Of a stretch of 64,000 nt of DNA, positions 27,506-40,813 are shown in pieces. The position numbers and the translations under genes were made by a program. The notes beneath the pieces were generated by a model. The model did no database searches. It was not told the DNA's origin and worked only from the letters and a program-made list of their open reading frames with translations. Location: assembly GCF_006345805.1 (NCBI RefSeq), contig NW_021833066.1, forward strand, positions 22,675-86,674, written 5' to 3'. Position 1 is the stretch's first letter; each line of letters opens with the position of its first letter. The stretch comes from Octopus sinensis (taxonomy: Eukaryota).

Positions 27506-28560
27506 GGTATTGTATATGTATGTGTATTACATATACAATGTGTCTGTGTGTTTATGTATATATGTTCACTATGGAGACGTTATTTATCTGGGGCCGTCTA
27601 ACTCCTGTTTGTCTCAATCCTTATTTATTTCTGATTTCTTTCAATAATCTCATTCCTCCCACCACCAAACCCAGTTCCCCCTTTTCACAACGTATTTCAT
27701 TCCTTCGCCTTCACTCCTTTTCATTCCCTTCAACCTGTAGGCTTCACCTCCGTTCCGTTCATTAAATCATTTTACCTGTTAATTGCTTTACGTCATTATA
27801 TTTTTACTCGGCAAAGCAGAAGATTCACTGCAATGATAGAATGGGATGATGAAATACCTTGTTTGTATTGAGTTATTTTTCCTTTACCTTCCATCAATCC
27901 ATATTTCTTACATTTCTTTTTGACTCTCTTCATACACATATATATGTTTACGTATGTATGTATGTATAAACAGATATGTACACATATTTATGTATATATA
28001 TATATATATATTATATATATTATATACATATATAGATATATATGTATGTGCATGAATATATATATGTATTATGCACACAATATATTTATATACATACATA
28101 TATATACATACGTAAATACATAGGTATATATATATTATGTATGTCCATACACATATATACATTAGTATATATATGTATACATATATATATACGTATGTGT
28201 ATGCATATATATTTATATATATACATGTATATACATATGTAAATATATGTTTGTAGATATATATATTATATGTTCATATATATATATATAACATAATGTG
28301 CTTCCGTATGTAAAAAGAATTAGCATTAACTGAAGACACAACAGTGTCAGGTATGTATGTGACTTCGAAGTATTAACGTAAGGTGTTATGAAACGGTATC
28401 TTCATATTCCCTTTCTAGAGAGAGGCACTGACAAACGTACAAATACATGCACACACCCATACACACTCCAGACACATACACACAAGCACACGCACATATA
28501 TATGCATTATATATATATATGTATATATATATTATATATTATACTATATATATATATATT

Positions 28561-28900
28561 AGTCCCACTGCGTGGCATCTTGGGCAACTGTCTTCTGCTA
28601 TAGCCCCGGGCCGACCAATGCCTTGTGAGTGGATTTGGTAGACGGAAACTGAAAGAAGCCTGTCGTATATATGTATATATACATATGTATGTGTGTGTGT
28701 GTGTTTGTCCCCCTAGCATTGCTTGACAACCGATGCTGGTGTGTTTAGGTCCTCGTCAATTAGCGGTTCGGCAAAAGAGACCGATAGAATAAGTACTGGG
28801 CTTACAAAGAATAAGTCCCGGAGTCGATTTGTTCGACTAAAGGTGGTGCTCCAGCATGGCCGCAGTCAAATGACTGTAACAAGTAAAAGAGTAAAAGAGT
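28561..28900 (+). mobile_element. SINE family 2 (internal AT/GT tract; tail CCAGCATGGCCGCAGTC...AAGTAAAAGA)
   Basis: CCTTGTGAGTGGATTTGGTAGACGGAAACTGAAAGAAGCC is shared with 33190-33350, 31146-31290 and 53903-54050; the 3' part is shared with 10270-10405. Confidence 0.82.
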
Positions 28901-29271
28901 ATATGTATGTATGTATGTATATTTTATTTTTTAGCCAACATTTTTTAGATGCTATTATTTATAGCTTTATACGTTCTTCGGCAACCAATAGAAAAAGTGA
29001 ATTACTCCACGTTCTTTCGCAACTTTATAAACTCTTATGGCAGCAGCATGTAATTCTCAATAGGAATAATAAAGTTTCTGAAATGGATAAGGAAATTCGA
29101 AGGATTGCGTTGGTACAATGGTAAAATGCCTATTATGCCTAGAAGAGATGTGGGTTCCAATCGGACGTGCAGCCTCCCACTCTTAAACCCAATATGTACG
29201 TATTATTATTTATAACTCAATATGTACTTCCAGAACCATGTACGTGTGTACGTGTGTGTGTACGTGTGTGC

Positions 29272-29316
<45 letters not shown>

Positions 29317-29409
29317 CAACAAAACATCCAGATAGACGATACAAAAAAAACGAGGACGGGTCATTCGAAGTTTTCTTTCCTCACTCAAGCACCAGATTAT
29401 CCTCGCAAT

Positions 29410-29452
29410 TTATCTATCTATCTATTTATCTATCTATCCATCTATCTATACG

Positions 29453-29487
<35 letters not shown>

Positions 29488-29488
29488 G

Positions 29489-29531
<43 letters not shown>

Positions 29532-29555
29532 GCAAGCAGGCATGCAGACAGACAA

Positions 29556-29636
<81 letters not shown>

Positions 29637-29637
29637 G

Positions 29638-29695
<58 letters not shown>

Positions 29696-29696
29696 T

Positions 29697-29789
<93 letters not shown>

Positions 29790-29834
29790 CGACAGACCGA
29801 CAGACAGACGGATTGATAGATAGATAGATAGATA
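29410..29834. repeat. (GATA)n/(TATC)n microsatellite
   Basis: Direct reading; 3' flank of the truncated Tx1 copy. Confidence 0.95.
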
Positions 29835-30982
29835 TGTTTCTTTATTAGCCACACAGGGCTGCACACAGACGGGACAAATTACAAGGTAGAGCTTTACTTT
29901 CAGGGATAAAAAGGTGAGATTGATTTTCGATCAAGAGGGATCGTAAAATCAAAGAAAGAAGGAAGCAAAAGCAACAAAAAAGGAGGTGGGGAATAAAAAT
30001 AAAAGGAAAAAGAAAAAATCGATCAATAGAGATCGTTATCACAGAAATATCAATATAAAATGTAAAGGGGAAGACAGGTGAAGTTTACCCGTGGAAAGAA
30101 AAGCCTACGGAAAAGACCACCTCGGTCAATGCAGTTACATTTTACAAATAAGTAACTCTCCGTATTAAATTTTTACCGTTCATAGGATCATAGTCAAGGT
30201 GGCTTCGTCATTCATACGTGCCATCCTTGCTACATTCACCCATCTTTTTTTAAAACATTCACTAGACAAAACTTGCCTCTCTACTCTCACTTTCCTTTTC
30301 AAGTGATACTTGAAGAAGTTGATGAGATTGACCAGAGAGGAAAGTGTTTGTCTCTTATCCTTTCAGACGCGTCCACCAGATACATTCTTTCGCCATAGCC
30401 ACAAGTATGATAAAAATAGCTCTTCCTTCCCGTTTGAAGGAAGGAGGCGTGACAATATTGACGATAGACTCAGCTGATAAACCGACTCGTCCCACACGTG
30501 ACAGCAGTTGTTCGACATAAGCCCACAGGTTGGAAATTGTTGTACACTGCACGATTGCGTGCAGAACGGTTTCGTCGATCTGACCGCATCTCGGCCAGGT
30601 CGGCCCCGTGTTTCTCGAGCCGTGTCTGTAGAGCTTATCCCGAACGGGTAGCGCTTCTCGGTAGCACTGCCAGGCCAGGGATCTCTGGAAGTTGTCCATA
30701 CGTCCCAGCACGAAATTCGTCTAAACAGGCGGGTCAGGTATTTCTCGTCGACGCCCAGGTTTGCCCCAAGATCGTCGTCGTACCTCCTCTCCACTAATCC
30801 CTTATAGAATGCTTGGGTTGTGTTGAAGTCACTCAAGGTCGACCCGAGACGGCATAGTTGCTTGAGAGCAACGCGACACTCGCGGTGCCATTCGCCCTTC
30901 CTCGGCCTCTTTTTGATCCACGACTGCAGTTCTGTCATGGAGACGAGCTGCGGGAATGCGTGCCTTACAAACGTTCACCGTC
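29835..30982 (-). mobile_element. 5'-truncated Tx1-like copy (diverged subfamily) in (TATC)n
   Basis: ORFs 30363-30938 and 30355-30711 parallel the ORF2 C-terminus of the full copy (FQRSLAWQCYREALPVR, ETVLHAIVQC, MAKECIWWTRLKG). 3'UTR ends GGCTAATAAAGAAAC; (TATC)n on both sides. Confidence 0.9.
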
Positions 30983-31006
30983 AGATAGATAGATAGAAAG
31001 ATAGAT

Positions 31007-31290
<284 letters not shown>

Positions 31291-31891
31291 TTTCTGTTAT
31301 AATAATTGGAGTTTTTTTTTATTCTGTTATCTTTAGCCCTGGGTAAGTTTTATGCACCACGACTTCTCTACGAGAGACGGAGATCTAGAACCTGTCATGT
31401 CTGAGCTGCAATAACCTGAATAATCAATGAACTGTGATGTAGTTTCTGCTTCTTCGATCAGTTCAGTGAATCACGTGATTGCTAGATGCTGAGTTGCCAA
31501 GTGCAAAGTATGTCTTCTTCTCGTTTGTAGATCCATGTCTGCGCATGTCTGTATAAGTTTATGTTGATAATTGTGCTTTGCGTGTATGCTTATACATCGA
31601 TTCCCACGTAAATATATGTACTCATTCATGAATATGTATGTGTTTGTGTATGTATATATATTGTGTAAGTTGGTTTCTGTGCATGCGTATGTCTTAATGT
31701 GACTTCTTTTCACAGCTCCATACATTTACACAATCACAGGCTAACATGTATATATATGTATATATATAATTGTCTGTTTGTAGATAAACAGATGTGTGCG
31801 TGTGTGTAATTTTATGTGTATGAGCGTATGTTTATAAAATTATACACGTATACATATATACTTGTGTATATACACAACTATGTGCTTGTCT

Positions 31892-31939
<48 letters not shown>

Positions 31940-32553
31940 TACAGATTCAACAGTCATGCTTACATATATTCACAGGTATGGATAAATATATATAAAATAT
32001 ATATATATACATATGTATGTGTGGTGTGTGTATGTATATATGTATGTGAGCATATACACATGTATATAATTATGCGTATATATGTATGTATATATGTATA
32101 TATATATGTATTTACAATCATATATATATATAACAACGTAAAGTTGCAAGGTATATATATATACACACATACATATATATATGTGTGTGCGTGTGTGTGT
32201 ATATATACCTATATACATATACACACGCAAACACATACACACATGCGCGCGCACACGCACATGGCTTTTGTGTGTACTTGTCTGCTTATGTAGCTATAAT
32301 TTGAATTAATCAAATTAAGAGTCATCCCATCCCCTAGAACACCGACCATCTCTTTGATTATTTCAGGGATTCCGCTAAAATGCTGGTTTCGTTAATTGGA
32401 AAGCAGGAAAAAAGCAACAAACATCAGGACAAAGAAAGGTTGAGTTCACGTAGACACGGTTAAGACACACACACACACACACATGAGCGTACACTCACAA
32501 GCCCACACGCACACCCGCACACAGTTATAAATGTATAGATGTATACGTACGTA

Positions 32554-32596
<43 letters not shown>

Positions 32597-32643
32597 ATTA
32601 CATATATAATAGCAGCTATATGTATATATATATATATATGTAC

Positions 32644-32677
<34 letters not shown>

Positions 32678-32785
32678 ATGAATGTGTATATATATGTGTG
32701 TATATATGTGTGTGTATATATATATATCTGTGTGTGTGGGGGGTGTATGTGTGTGTGCACAAATATATATATACAAACATACACG

Positions 32786-32819
<34 letters not shown>

Positions 32820-32918
32820 CACATATATACATATGCATGTATATATAAATTTGTATATACACAGTACTCCTGCATATGCGTGTGTGTGCACATACGAACA
32901 TATACGTAACAACTCACG

Positions 32919-32957
<39 letters not shown>

Positions 32958-33189
32958 TCAATCATATTCATGTGTCTGCGTATGCGCATGCTTGGTTTTT
33001 ACTCTTGCGCGAACGTTGTTGTGTTTACACACTCTGAAAAACAATGATGCACATACACTTACACATACACACCCACATACAAACACACACACACACAACA
33101 ACACACACACATACACACATACAAATACACAGTTACAAGTACAAACAACACCAAAAACAACGACAACAACAACAAACGTAATATCAGAA

Positions 33190-33350
33190 GGCGTCGCTTT
33201 ATGTTAAGAAGTTTGGTTCCCAACCACACGGTTCCAGGTTCAGTCCTACAGCCAGGCACTTTGTGCAAGTGTTTTGTACTATAGCCTCAAGCTGACTAAA
33301 TCCTTGTGAGTGGATTTGATAGACGGAAACTGAAAGAAGCCCATCGTATA
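33190..33350 (+). mobile_element. SINE family 2, 5' half
   Basis: tRNA-like head (GTTAAGAAGTTTGGTTCC...GGTTCAGTCC) and GAGTGGATTTG.TAGACGGAAACTG. Confidence 0.75.
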
Positions 33351-33456
33351 TATATATATATGAATGTTTGTGTGTGTGTGTCTTCTCTGTGTCTCTATTA
33401 GCAGATTTTATGTTAAATTATATATATATATATATATATATATAGATATATATATA

Positions 33457-33625
33457 TTTCTTTACTACCCACAAGGGGTTAAACATAGAGGGGACAAACA
33501 AGGACAGACAAAGGGATTAAGTAGATTACATCGACCCCAGTGCGAAACTGGTACTTTATTTATCGACCCCGAAAGGATGACAGGCAAAGTCGACCTCGGC
33601 GGAAATTGAACTCAGAACGTAACTT
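33457..33625 (-). mobile_element. SINE family 1, 3' part, tail A
   Basis: Reverse complement of core and tail (TTTCTTTACTACCCACAAGGGG...). Confidence 0.85.
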
Positions 33626-33669
33626 GAACTCAGAATATATATATATATATATACATATATATAATATAC

Positions 33670-33738
<69 letters not shown>

Positions 33739-33761
33739 AAACAATATATACATATATAATA

Positions 33762-33802
<41 letters not shown>

Positions 33803-33806
<4 letters not shown>

Positions 33807-34140
33807 AGGCGTGTGGCTTAGAGCTTAGAGCATTCGGCTCATGATTGTAAGGTCGTGAGTTCGATTCCCGGCGATACGTTGTGTCCTTGAGCAAGACACT
33901 TTATTTCACGTTGCTCCATTGTACTCAGCTGGAAAAAATGAGTTGTACCTGAATTTCAAAGGGCCGGCCTTGTCACACTCTGTGTCACGCTGAATCTCCC
34001 TGAGAACTACGTTAGGGGTATACGTGGATTTTCTGTGGATTGCTCAGGTACTTGCACGTTCATTTCACGTTAATTTCACGAGCAAACTGTTCCGTTGATA
34101 ATATCCGCTGGGGCCCTCGTCGTCGTGACCGACGGAGTGC
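33803..34140 (+). mobile_element. tRNA-derived SINE family 3
   Basis: TGGCTTAG A-box, GAGTTCGATTCCC B-box, followed by GTGTCCTTGAGCAAGACACTT, a block typical of conserved SINE central domains. Confidence 0.75.
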
Positions 34141-34149
34141 TCTCTATAA

Positions 34150-34546
34150 TCTTTATATATAAAAGTGAGGTTGTGTGCTGTCTGTCTCCTACGATTTAGA
34201 TTCCTAACTACTCCCACATTTTGCGGTACAGTTTAACCAAAACCGGGTATCTTATAGTCGTGATTCATATCGAGCCCTTCTGGGTATTAGCGCGCGTCTA
34301 CGATGAGTCTACGATTTTTAAAAAATTACCATCAATTTTTCTCATTTTTAATGCAGTTTTGGCATATATAAGGGAAGTGACTCTCTAAAAATTTATTATT
34401 AAATCTCAAAACGTAAAAAGCTACAGTAACACCTCCACCCTTTGTGGTTAGCCATATTGAGATGGCTATTATACTTTAAATCTCTAAAAATGCTTGAAAT
34501 AGTTATTTCCTTTACAAACCCGAGCAACGCCGGGCGATACTGCTAG
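34150..34546 (+). mobile_element. Non-autonomous Helitron-type element (~400 bp)
   Basis: A|TCTTTATATATAAAAG start, CCCGAGCAACGCCGGG hairpin, GATACTGCTAG|T end; similar to 51449-51831. Confidence 0.78.
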
Positions 34547-34864
34547 TTTAACATAAAAGCTGCTATATATATGTATATGTAAGTGTGTGTGTGTGTGTGT
34601 GTGTGTATGCGTGTTTGTTTCTGTGCTTTTTGTTTGCCTCCACCCACCCACTCACCCCCCGCTTGATAACCGTCTGTATGAAAATGCAACAAAATCTCCA
34701 AATGACACGATTGGAACGACATCATATAATCTAACCGTTTGCTTTTACTGTTATTGTACACCACTCTGGAGTTCATTTTAACTTTAGATACTCGTGGACT
34801 TCCTGGATTGTTAATCTCTATTCCACGAACTTATATAATCCTCTTTAAGCAATATGTATGTATA

Positions 34865-35810
34865 TATTGGGTCATCCCATAAACAATGCGGTTGTTTATA
34901 CTTCTGTTATTTTTCAAAATTAAGATATACAAAGTTCTTTTTTTAATCTAAAATATACTCTTCTTCATTTTCTACAATGCTCTTCCATCTATCTGGTGGC
35001 CTTGCAAGGCCTCTCTTCCAAAATTCACTTGCCCATGACGAAAAATTCTCCTCCATCACTATTCTGACCTCCTCTACAGAATTCATATTTTTTCCGTCAG
35101 ATGGGACAATGTCCGGAGAATATGGTTAGTGGAGAATCGTTTCCCATTCAAACTGCTCCAGCATTTGGAATGTCATCTGTATGTGACCGAGCATTATCCC
35201 GATGGAGGAACACCTTTTGTTTTGAAACTAAAGATAGCCGTTTTTCTTCTCACGCTGACTTAAGCCGCTCAAGCTGCTCGCAGTAGATCTTTGTTATCGT
35301 TTGGTTTAGTTTTAAAAGTTCAAAGTGGACTAAACCTTTCATATCCCACCAAACAGATAGAACCTTACGTGGGTGAAGACCTTGTTTAGCCTGGGATGTT
35401 GGTGTTTCTCCTTTCCCTACCTACTGTCTTCGGCGCTTGACATTTTTACAGAGACTTCATTTCTCATCGCCAGTCACTATTCGGTCCGAAAAAGGTTCAT
35501 TCGTAAGACGTGACAGCAAAGAAGAGCACAAATTCACTCTCTGCGCACCATTAGACTTGGAAAGTTTTGAGGAAGCCATTAACCCAATTTGCTGGCTTTT
35601 CCGAAGACACGCACGTGTCGTTGAATGGTTGAATGAGTAAATCAAAGCTTCTCTGCTAGCTCCTCAACTGTTACAATGGGATTTTATTCCACCAGGGTTT
35701 GCAGAACGTCCTCGTCGAGCTCTACAGATCTTCCAGGACGAGGCTCGTCTTCTAGACTGTAGTTTCTGGCTCGGAATTTCTAGAACCACTGTTGACACTA
35801 TCTTATGCTT
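34865..35810 (-). mobile_element. Degenerate mariner (Tc1/mariner) transposon
   Basis: QRVNLCSSLLSRLTNEPFSDRIVTGDEK, PYSPDIVPSD, PDRWKSIVENEEEYILD; TIR-like TTGGGTCATCCCATAA next to TA at 34865. A second HPPYSPDIALSDYH piece lies at 35820-35930. Confidence 0.8.
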
Positions 35811-35929
35811 ATTGTCAGATCCCCATATGAATGATAATCAGATAGGGCAATGTCCGGGGAATATGGTGGGTGGAGCATCGTTTCTCATTCAAATTGCTCC
35901 AGCCTTTTCTGGCCACTGCTGCTCGTGTC

Positions 35930-36470
35930 TTCTGCACATTTTCTTTATTTCAAGATTAATTCTGCAATTATCTTCATTGTAGACTTTCCACTGATCCGTT
36001 AGATTTGCTTGATCACGCTTTGCTTTGGCCTAATGTCTTTCATCGATACAAGCCCATATTTCTGCTGTAATCTACATTTCTTTATTGGAACTCCTTCTCC
36101 TGCCTAAGGTGACACTTGGACTTTCTGTTAAAGCCTGTTGAAACAGCTTCCACAGCCCCTCAATATCTTCAGTGTGACGCACATCTTCAAATCTGTTGCT
36201 CACTTCGACTTCACTGTGTCGCTGTGGTTTAAGTTAACTTTCACCACCTCAAACGGTTTGTTTTTCTTGGCCACTTTTGTACTTTCCCAGATCTTTTCCG
36301 ACAGCATCATTGTGACCCGAGTCAACATCTTCTCTGCAGCTTCGAACATACAGCATGGAAGATCACCATTAACCGCTAATGCAGATGTAATCCATCTCGG
36401 TTTTGGTCTCGGTATCGATTTTGGTCTACGTTGTTTTGTGGGTAGTCTTGTGTAGGAAACTGTTTCCCAC
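35930..36470 (-). mobile_element. Degenerate RTE-clade LINE fragment (APE C-terminus + linker)
   Basis: GNSFLHKTTHKTT, MDYICIS..SSMLYVRSCREDVDSGHN (the DYI...SDH pattern), ITAEIWACIDER..KVYNEDN..IKKMCRR. Confidence 0.68.
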
Positions 36471-36550
36471 ATTCGTACACACACATACACACACAAAGGC
36501 ACATGCACCCCTTCCTACACACACAAACAAACAAATACATACATAAATAC

Positions 36551-36589
<39 letters not shown>

Positions 36590-36647
36590 TAGACAGATAG
36601 ATATATATATAGATATATATATAGATTAGATAGATAGATAGAGAGAG

Positions 36648-36788
<141 letters not shown>

Positions 36789-36789
36789 T

Positions 36790-36825
<36 letters not shown>

Positions 36826-37118
36826 CTTTTTATTGTAGCCACACAGGGCTAAACACAGAATAAAAATGGACGAAAAACAATGTAGAATTTTTTCTTTTCG
36901 AGGTGGGATGGGTGGGGCAAAAAAAAAAAAAAACCTTTGATCAATAGGGATCTGTGGGTTGTGTGGTGTATAAAAAGCAATATATATATATATATATTAG
37001 GTTCGCAGTTTAGGTGTAGCCTTGGAAAGAAAAACCTACAAAAAAGACCAAGGTCACCTCAGGAAATTCGAAAAAGAACACATGAGTAAGTCGCCTTACT
37101 TCTCGTTGTCTCTTTTGG

Positions 37119-40100
37119 TTACAGATTTATGCTTAAAATAGTGTCGTCTTTCATACTGACCATTTTTGCCACTTTTACCCACTTTTTATTAAAACATTTG
37201 TTCGACAAAGCCTTCCTCTCTATTCTCATCCTCCTTTTCAAGTGGTACTTGAAAAAGTTGACGAGAGACTGACCAGAGAGGAAGGTGTTTGTTTGCAGTC
37301 CTTTCAAACGAGTCCACCACACACATTCTTTCGCCATAGCCATCAGCGTAACGAAAACCGTTTTCCCTTCCCGTTTAAAGGAAGGTGGTGGAACAATACC
37401 CAAGATAGACTCGGCCGATAGGCGAGCCTGACCTACACGAGACAACAGCTGTTCGACGAAGGACCACAGCTCTGAAATATCTGGACACTGCACGAGTGCG
37501 TGCAGAACGGTTTCGTCGCTCTGACCGCATCTCGGGCAGGTCGGTCCGGTGATGGTTTTCGAACCGTGTCTGTAGCTCTTCTCTCGAACAGGTAGTGCGT
37601 CTCGATAGCACTGCCAAGCCAAGGATTTCTGGAAGTTATACATAGGCCCCGGCCCGAACGTCGTCCTGAACAGGCGGGTTAGGAATTCTTCGTCGACGCC
37701 CAGGTTTGCCCCGAGTGTGTCGTCGGACCTCCCCTCCACTAGTCCTCTATAGAACGCTTTAGTCGTTTGTAAGTTGCACAAGTTTGACCCCGGTCGGCAG
37801 AGCTGCTGTAGAGCTTGGCGACACTCTCGGTGTCAATCGCCCAGTTTCGGTCTCTTTTTGATCCACGTTTGCAGTTCGGTCAGTGAGACGAGCTGCGGGA
37901 AGTTGCGCCTCACAAACGGCGACCACACCTGTTCACCGTTGTCGATGAATTTCCAGAGATGTCGCAGTCTCAGCGCATGCCTGCGCATCATCAACCACGG
38001 CATGCCCAGTCCTCCATTCAACGGATGTTGACAGCAAATGGACTTCCTCACCATCGGAACGCCACCCTGCCACAGGAAGCGGAAGAGTATGCGTTCCAGT
38101 TTGGTGATGGTGGCGTCGGGACAAGGTACGACGGTCAGGCGGCAATCGATGACGGATGCGATGTACGCGTTCGCCACCTCCGCCCGGCCTTTTAGAGACA
38201 GCTTTCTCTCGGCCCATGTTTGGCTGAGAGCGACCACTCTACTCGTGATCTCGTCCCAATTCGTATCCATTTGGAGGTCCGGACTGAACCAGACCCCGAG
38301 CAATTTAACCGGTCCGTCCGTCCAGCGTCCCACTACTGAGCCGCAGTCGGACGGCATGGGCTTGCTTCTCCAGGTGCCGAGTAGCAAACCCACTGACTTT
38401 TCCGGGTTAATCTTTGCTCCCGTCACCGTTTCATATTTTCTTAGTGTCTCGCCTATCATCTTGATGTGTTTGTCGCTCGACACTATGACGGTGACATCGT
38501 CCGCATATGCCGACACGCTCGTCCCGCAACCCAGTTCCCGTGGGATGCCCCTCAGTGTCACCAGCTTCCGCAGTAGCGGCTCGAGAGTCAATACATACAG
38601 AAGCGCCGACAGGGGACACCCCTGACAGACCGAACGCGTGATGTCAAACGGTTTCGACAGGTGACCGTTCACCCGAATCACCGATCGGATGCCGCTATAC
38701 AAGGCAGCGATCCAACCGCGGAAGACGGGACCGAAGCCAGCCGCCCTGAGGACGGCCGCCAAGTACCGATGGTCGACCCTATCGAAGGCTTTAGACTGAT
38801 CCAATTTATCAGCGCCCCACCCATGCCAGGATCCTTAACTACCCTGTCCACAATGTAGCGCATCAGATGGAGGTTGTCATGTATGGTTCTGCCCGGCACG
38901 GCGCATGTTTGCGCCCTGTCGACCAGTTTACCAATGACAAGCGCCAACCTCTCGGCTATTACTTTGGCCAAAATTTTCAAATCTGCGTTGAGCAGAGTGA
39001 TGGGCCTGAAATTATCTATAAAATTCCCTTTGTTTGAGTCTTTCTTCAGCAACGTCACTGCACCTCGGCTCACGAAACCGGGGATTCTCCCGTTTTGTTG
39101 CCAGTTGCAGTAGACTGATGCCAAGAGGTCGCCAAACAAGTCTGGCATTCGATAATACAGCTCGTAGGGTAAACCATCCAATCCAGGCGACTTATCCCTC
39201 GCGCAGCCCGCCATCGCATCCCACACGTCAGCGGCTGTGATGGGACTTTCACAACACTCCGCTTCTCTTGCCGAGAGCCGCGGCAGGTCGGTCAGGTAGG
39301 CACTGAAATCTATCCCGCGTTCCGACCCACCACTCGCACCAAACAGTCGAGCAAAGTGCTGTTGAAAGGCCTCACACATCCTTTCGGGTTCGAGTAAACT
39401 GCATCCCTGTTGATCTATTAGAGACCGAATGGTTGATCTGTTGCCACGCTGCGCCTCCGCTACCCGGGCCTCTCGCGCTGCTTCAATCCCTTCGTTCCTT
39501 AGAGCACGCATTTTAGCTCTGACGACGCAACCTTCGTGCTTGGCGTTGAGGTGTTGGTCGAGGGCCATCCTCGCAGTCAGCACGTTGGTTGCGTTGCCAG
39601 TGGTAAGTGCCTCTTCTAGTTTCTTAACTAAGTCTCCCCCTACTCTATTTCGTTCTATCGCTAATTCCTTGCTAAACCTAATTGATTCCGATTTTATTGC
39701 CATTTTCAGGGCGTACCACCAGCGGTTGTTAACGACCGCTCCCGTCAGCGCCCTCTTAATTAACTCGCTAATCCGGTTCCTGTAAACCTGTCACGCTAAC
39801 AGCGACGTGTTCAGTTTCCAGTAACCGGGACCCTGCCTATGTGTTTTATCTAAGTCGAGCGTACACGTAACAAATTTGTGATCTGTGTAGCTGACTATTT
39901 TAAATTGTGGACATCCTACACTATCCCTATCCGCTGTCCTGCATAGAATTCTATCTAGATAAGATCTCGACGATCCGACGCGGTTTGTCCAAGTCCACGT
40001 TGGCACGTTCGGATGGTCGAGTCGGAACCTGTCAGACAAATGGAGACGTCTGAGCAGGTCTTTGAGGCTCTTACACCCCCTTCTATTCCTATCCCTTCCC

Positions 40101-40536
40101 ACATAATCTAGATGCGTGTCCAAGGTAGCGTTCCAATCCCCTACTAACAGTAAAGGTCTAGACGTACCCAGGAAAACCTCTAGACGTCTGAAGAAATCCG
40201 CCCGACCCGTTAAGGACGTGCATAAACTGCCATCAGACGGAATGCACACCCATTTCTGCCATCCACGTCCAAGACAACCAGCCTACCCTCCGGGTCTAGG
40301 AATATTGCTCTTACTTTTATCTTTAGACTCTCCCTGTTCGGCAGACAGGGAGAAAAATAAATGTCAAATTGATTGCCAAACATGGACTCGACGGCCCGCG
40401 GCTTACTGAGTCTGGTTTCACTGATAGCTACTATATCCACGTCCAGTGACTTGATGTCGTTTAGAAGGTAACCTTGCTTCCAAGCCGACGCCAAGCCACG
40501 CGCATTCACACAACCTAATTTAAGCATACTTGACAT
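37119..40536 (-). pseudogene. Tx1-like ORF2 (APE endonuclease + reverse transcriptase + zinc finger), split by about 4 frameshifts
   Basis: Consecutive ORF pieces 40536-40210, 40249-39791, 39703-38678, 38804-37833, 37781-37119. APE motifs CVNARGL, ISETRL, LVGDWN, SYLDRIL, YTDHKFV, YWKLN; RT motifs SPGLDGLP, NFRPITLLNAD, KAFDRVD, QGCPLS, YADD; zinc finger CPRC-x7-H-x4-C. Confidence 0.88.
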
Positions 40537-40813
40537 TTACGACAATTGTGTTTTACACACTATATTAGAAGAGACAAGAGGCAAGAAGTGAGGTCACTTA
40601 CTCATTTTAAAAGTTTCATTTTTTTCTTCTTCTTCTTTTGTATTGTTTTTGATGAGGTGTTTGTATAGTTTTTTCGACAGGTATCGTCGATACCCGCCTA
40701 CCGCATTCGGAAATATTGTTTTCAGTATGTGGTGTTGTGCTTGTGTTATGTGTAAAATTCTGATGTGTTTCGGTGGTGTGGTGAGCGGATGATTGTTTGT
40801 CTTAAAGTCATCT

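Noticed and set aside
33803-33880. tRNA gene (also 53110-53185 and the family 1 heads)
   Set aside because: A/B boxes are present but no cloverleaf forms, and each continues into a SINE body.
36200-36508. 102 aa minus ORF as a host exon
   Set aside because: Another frame carries RTE endonuclease motifs, so it is a LINE remnant.
38038-39785. Plus-strand ORFs of up to 195 aa
   Set aside because: Antisense shadows of the GC-rich Tx1 ORF2.
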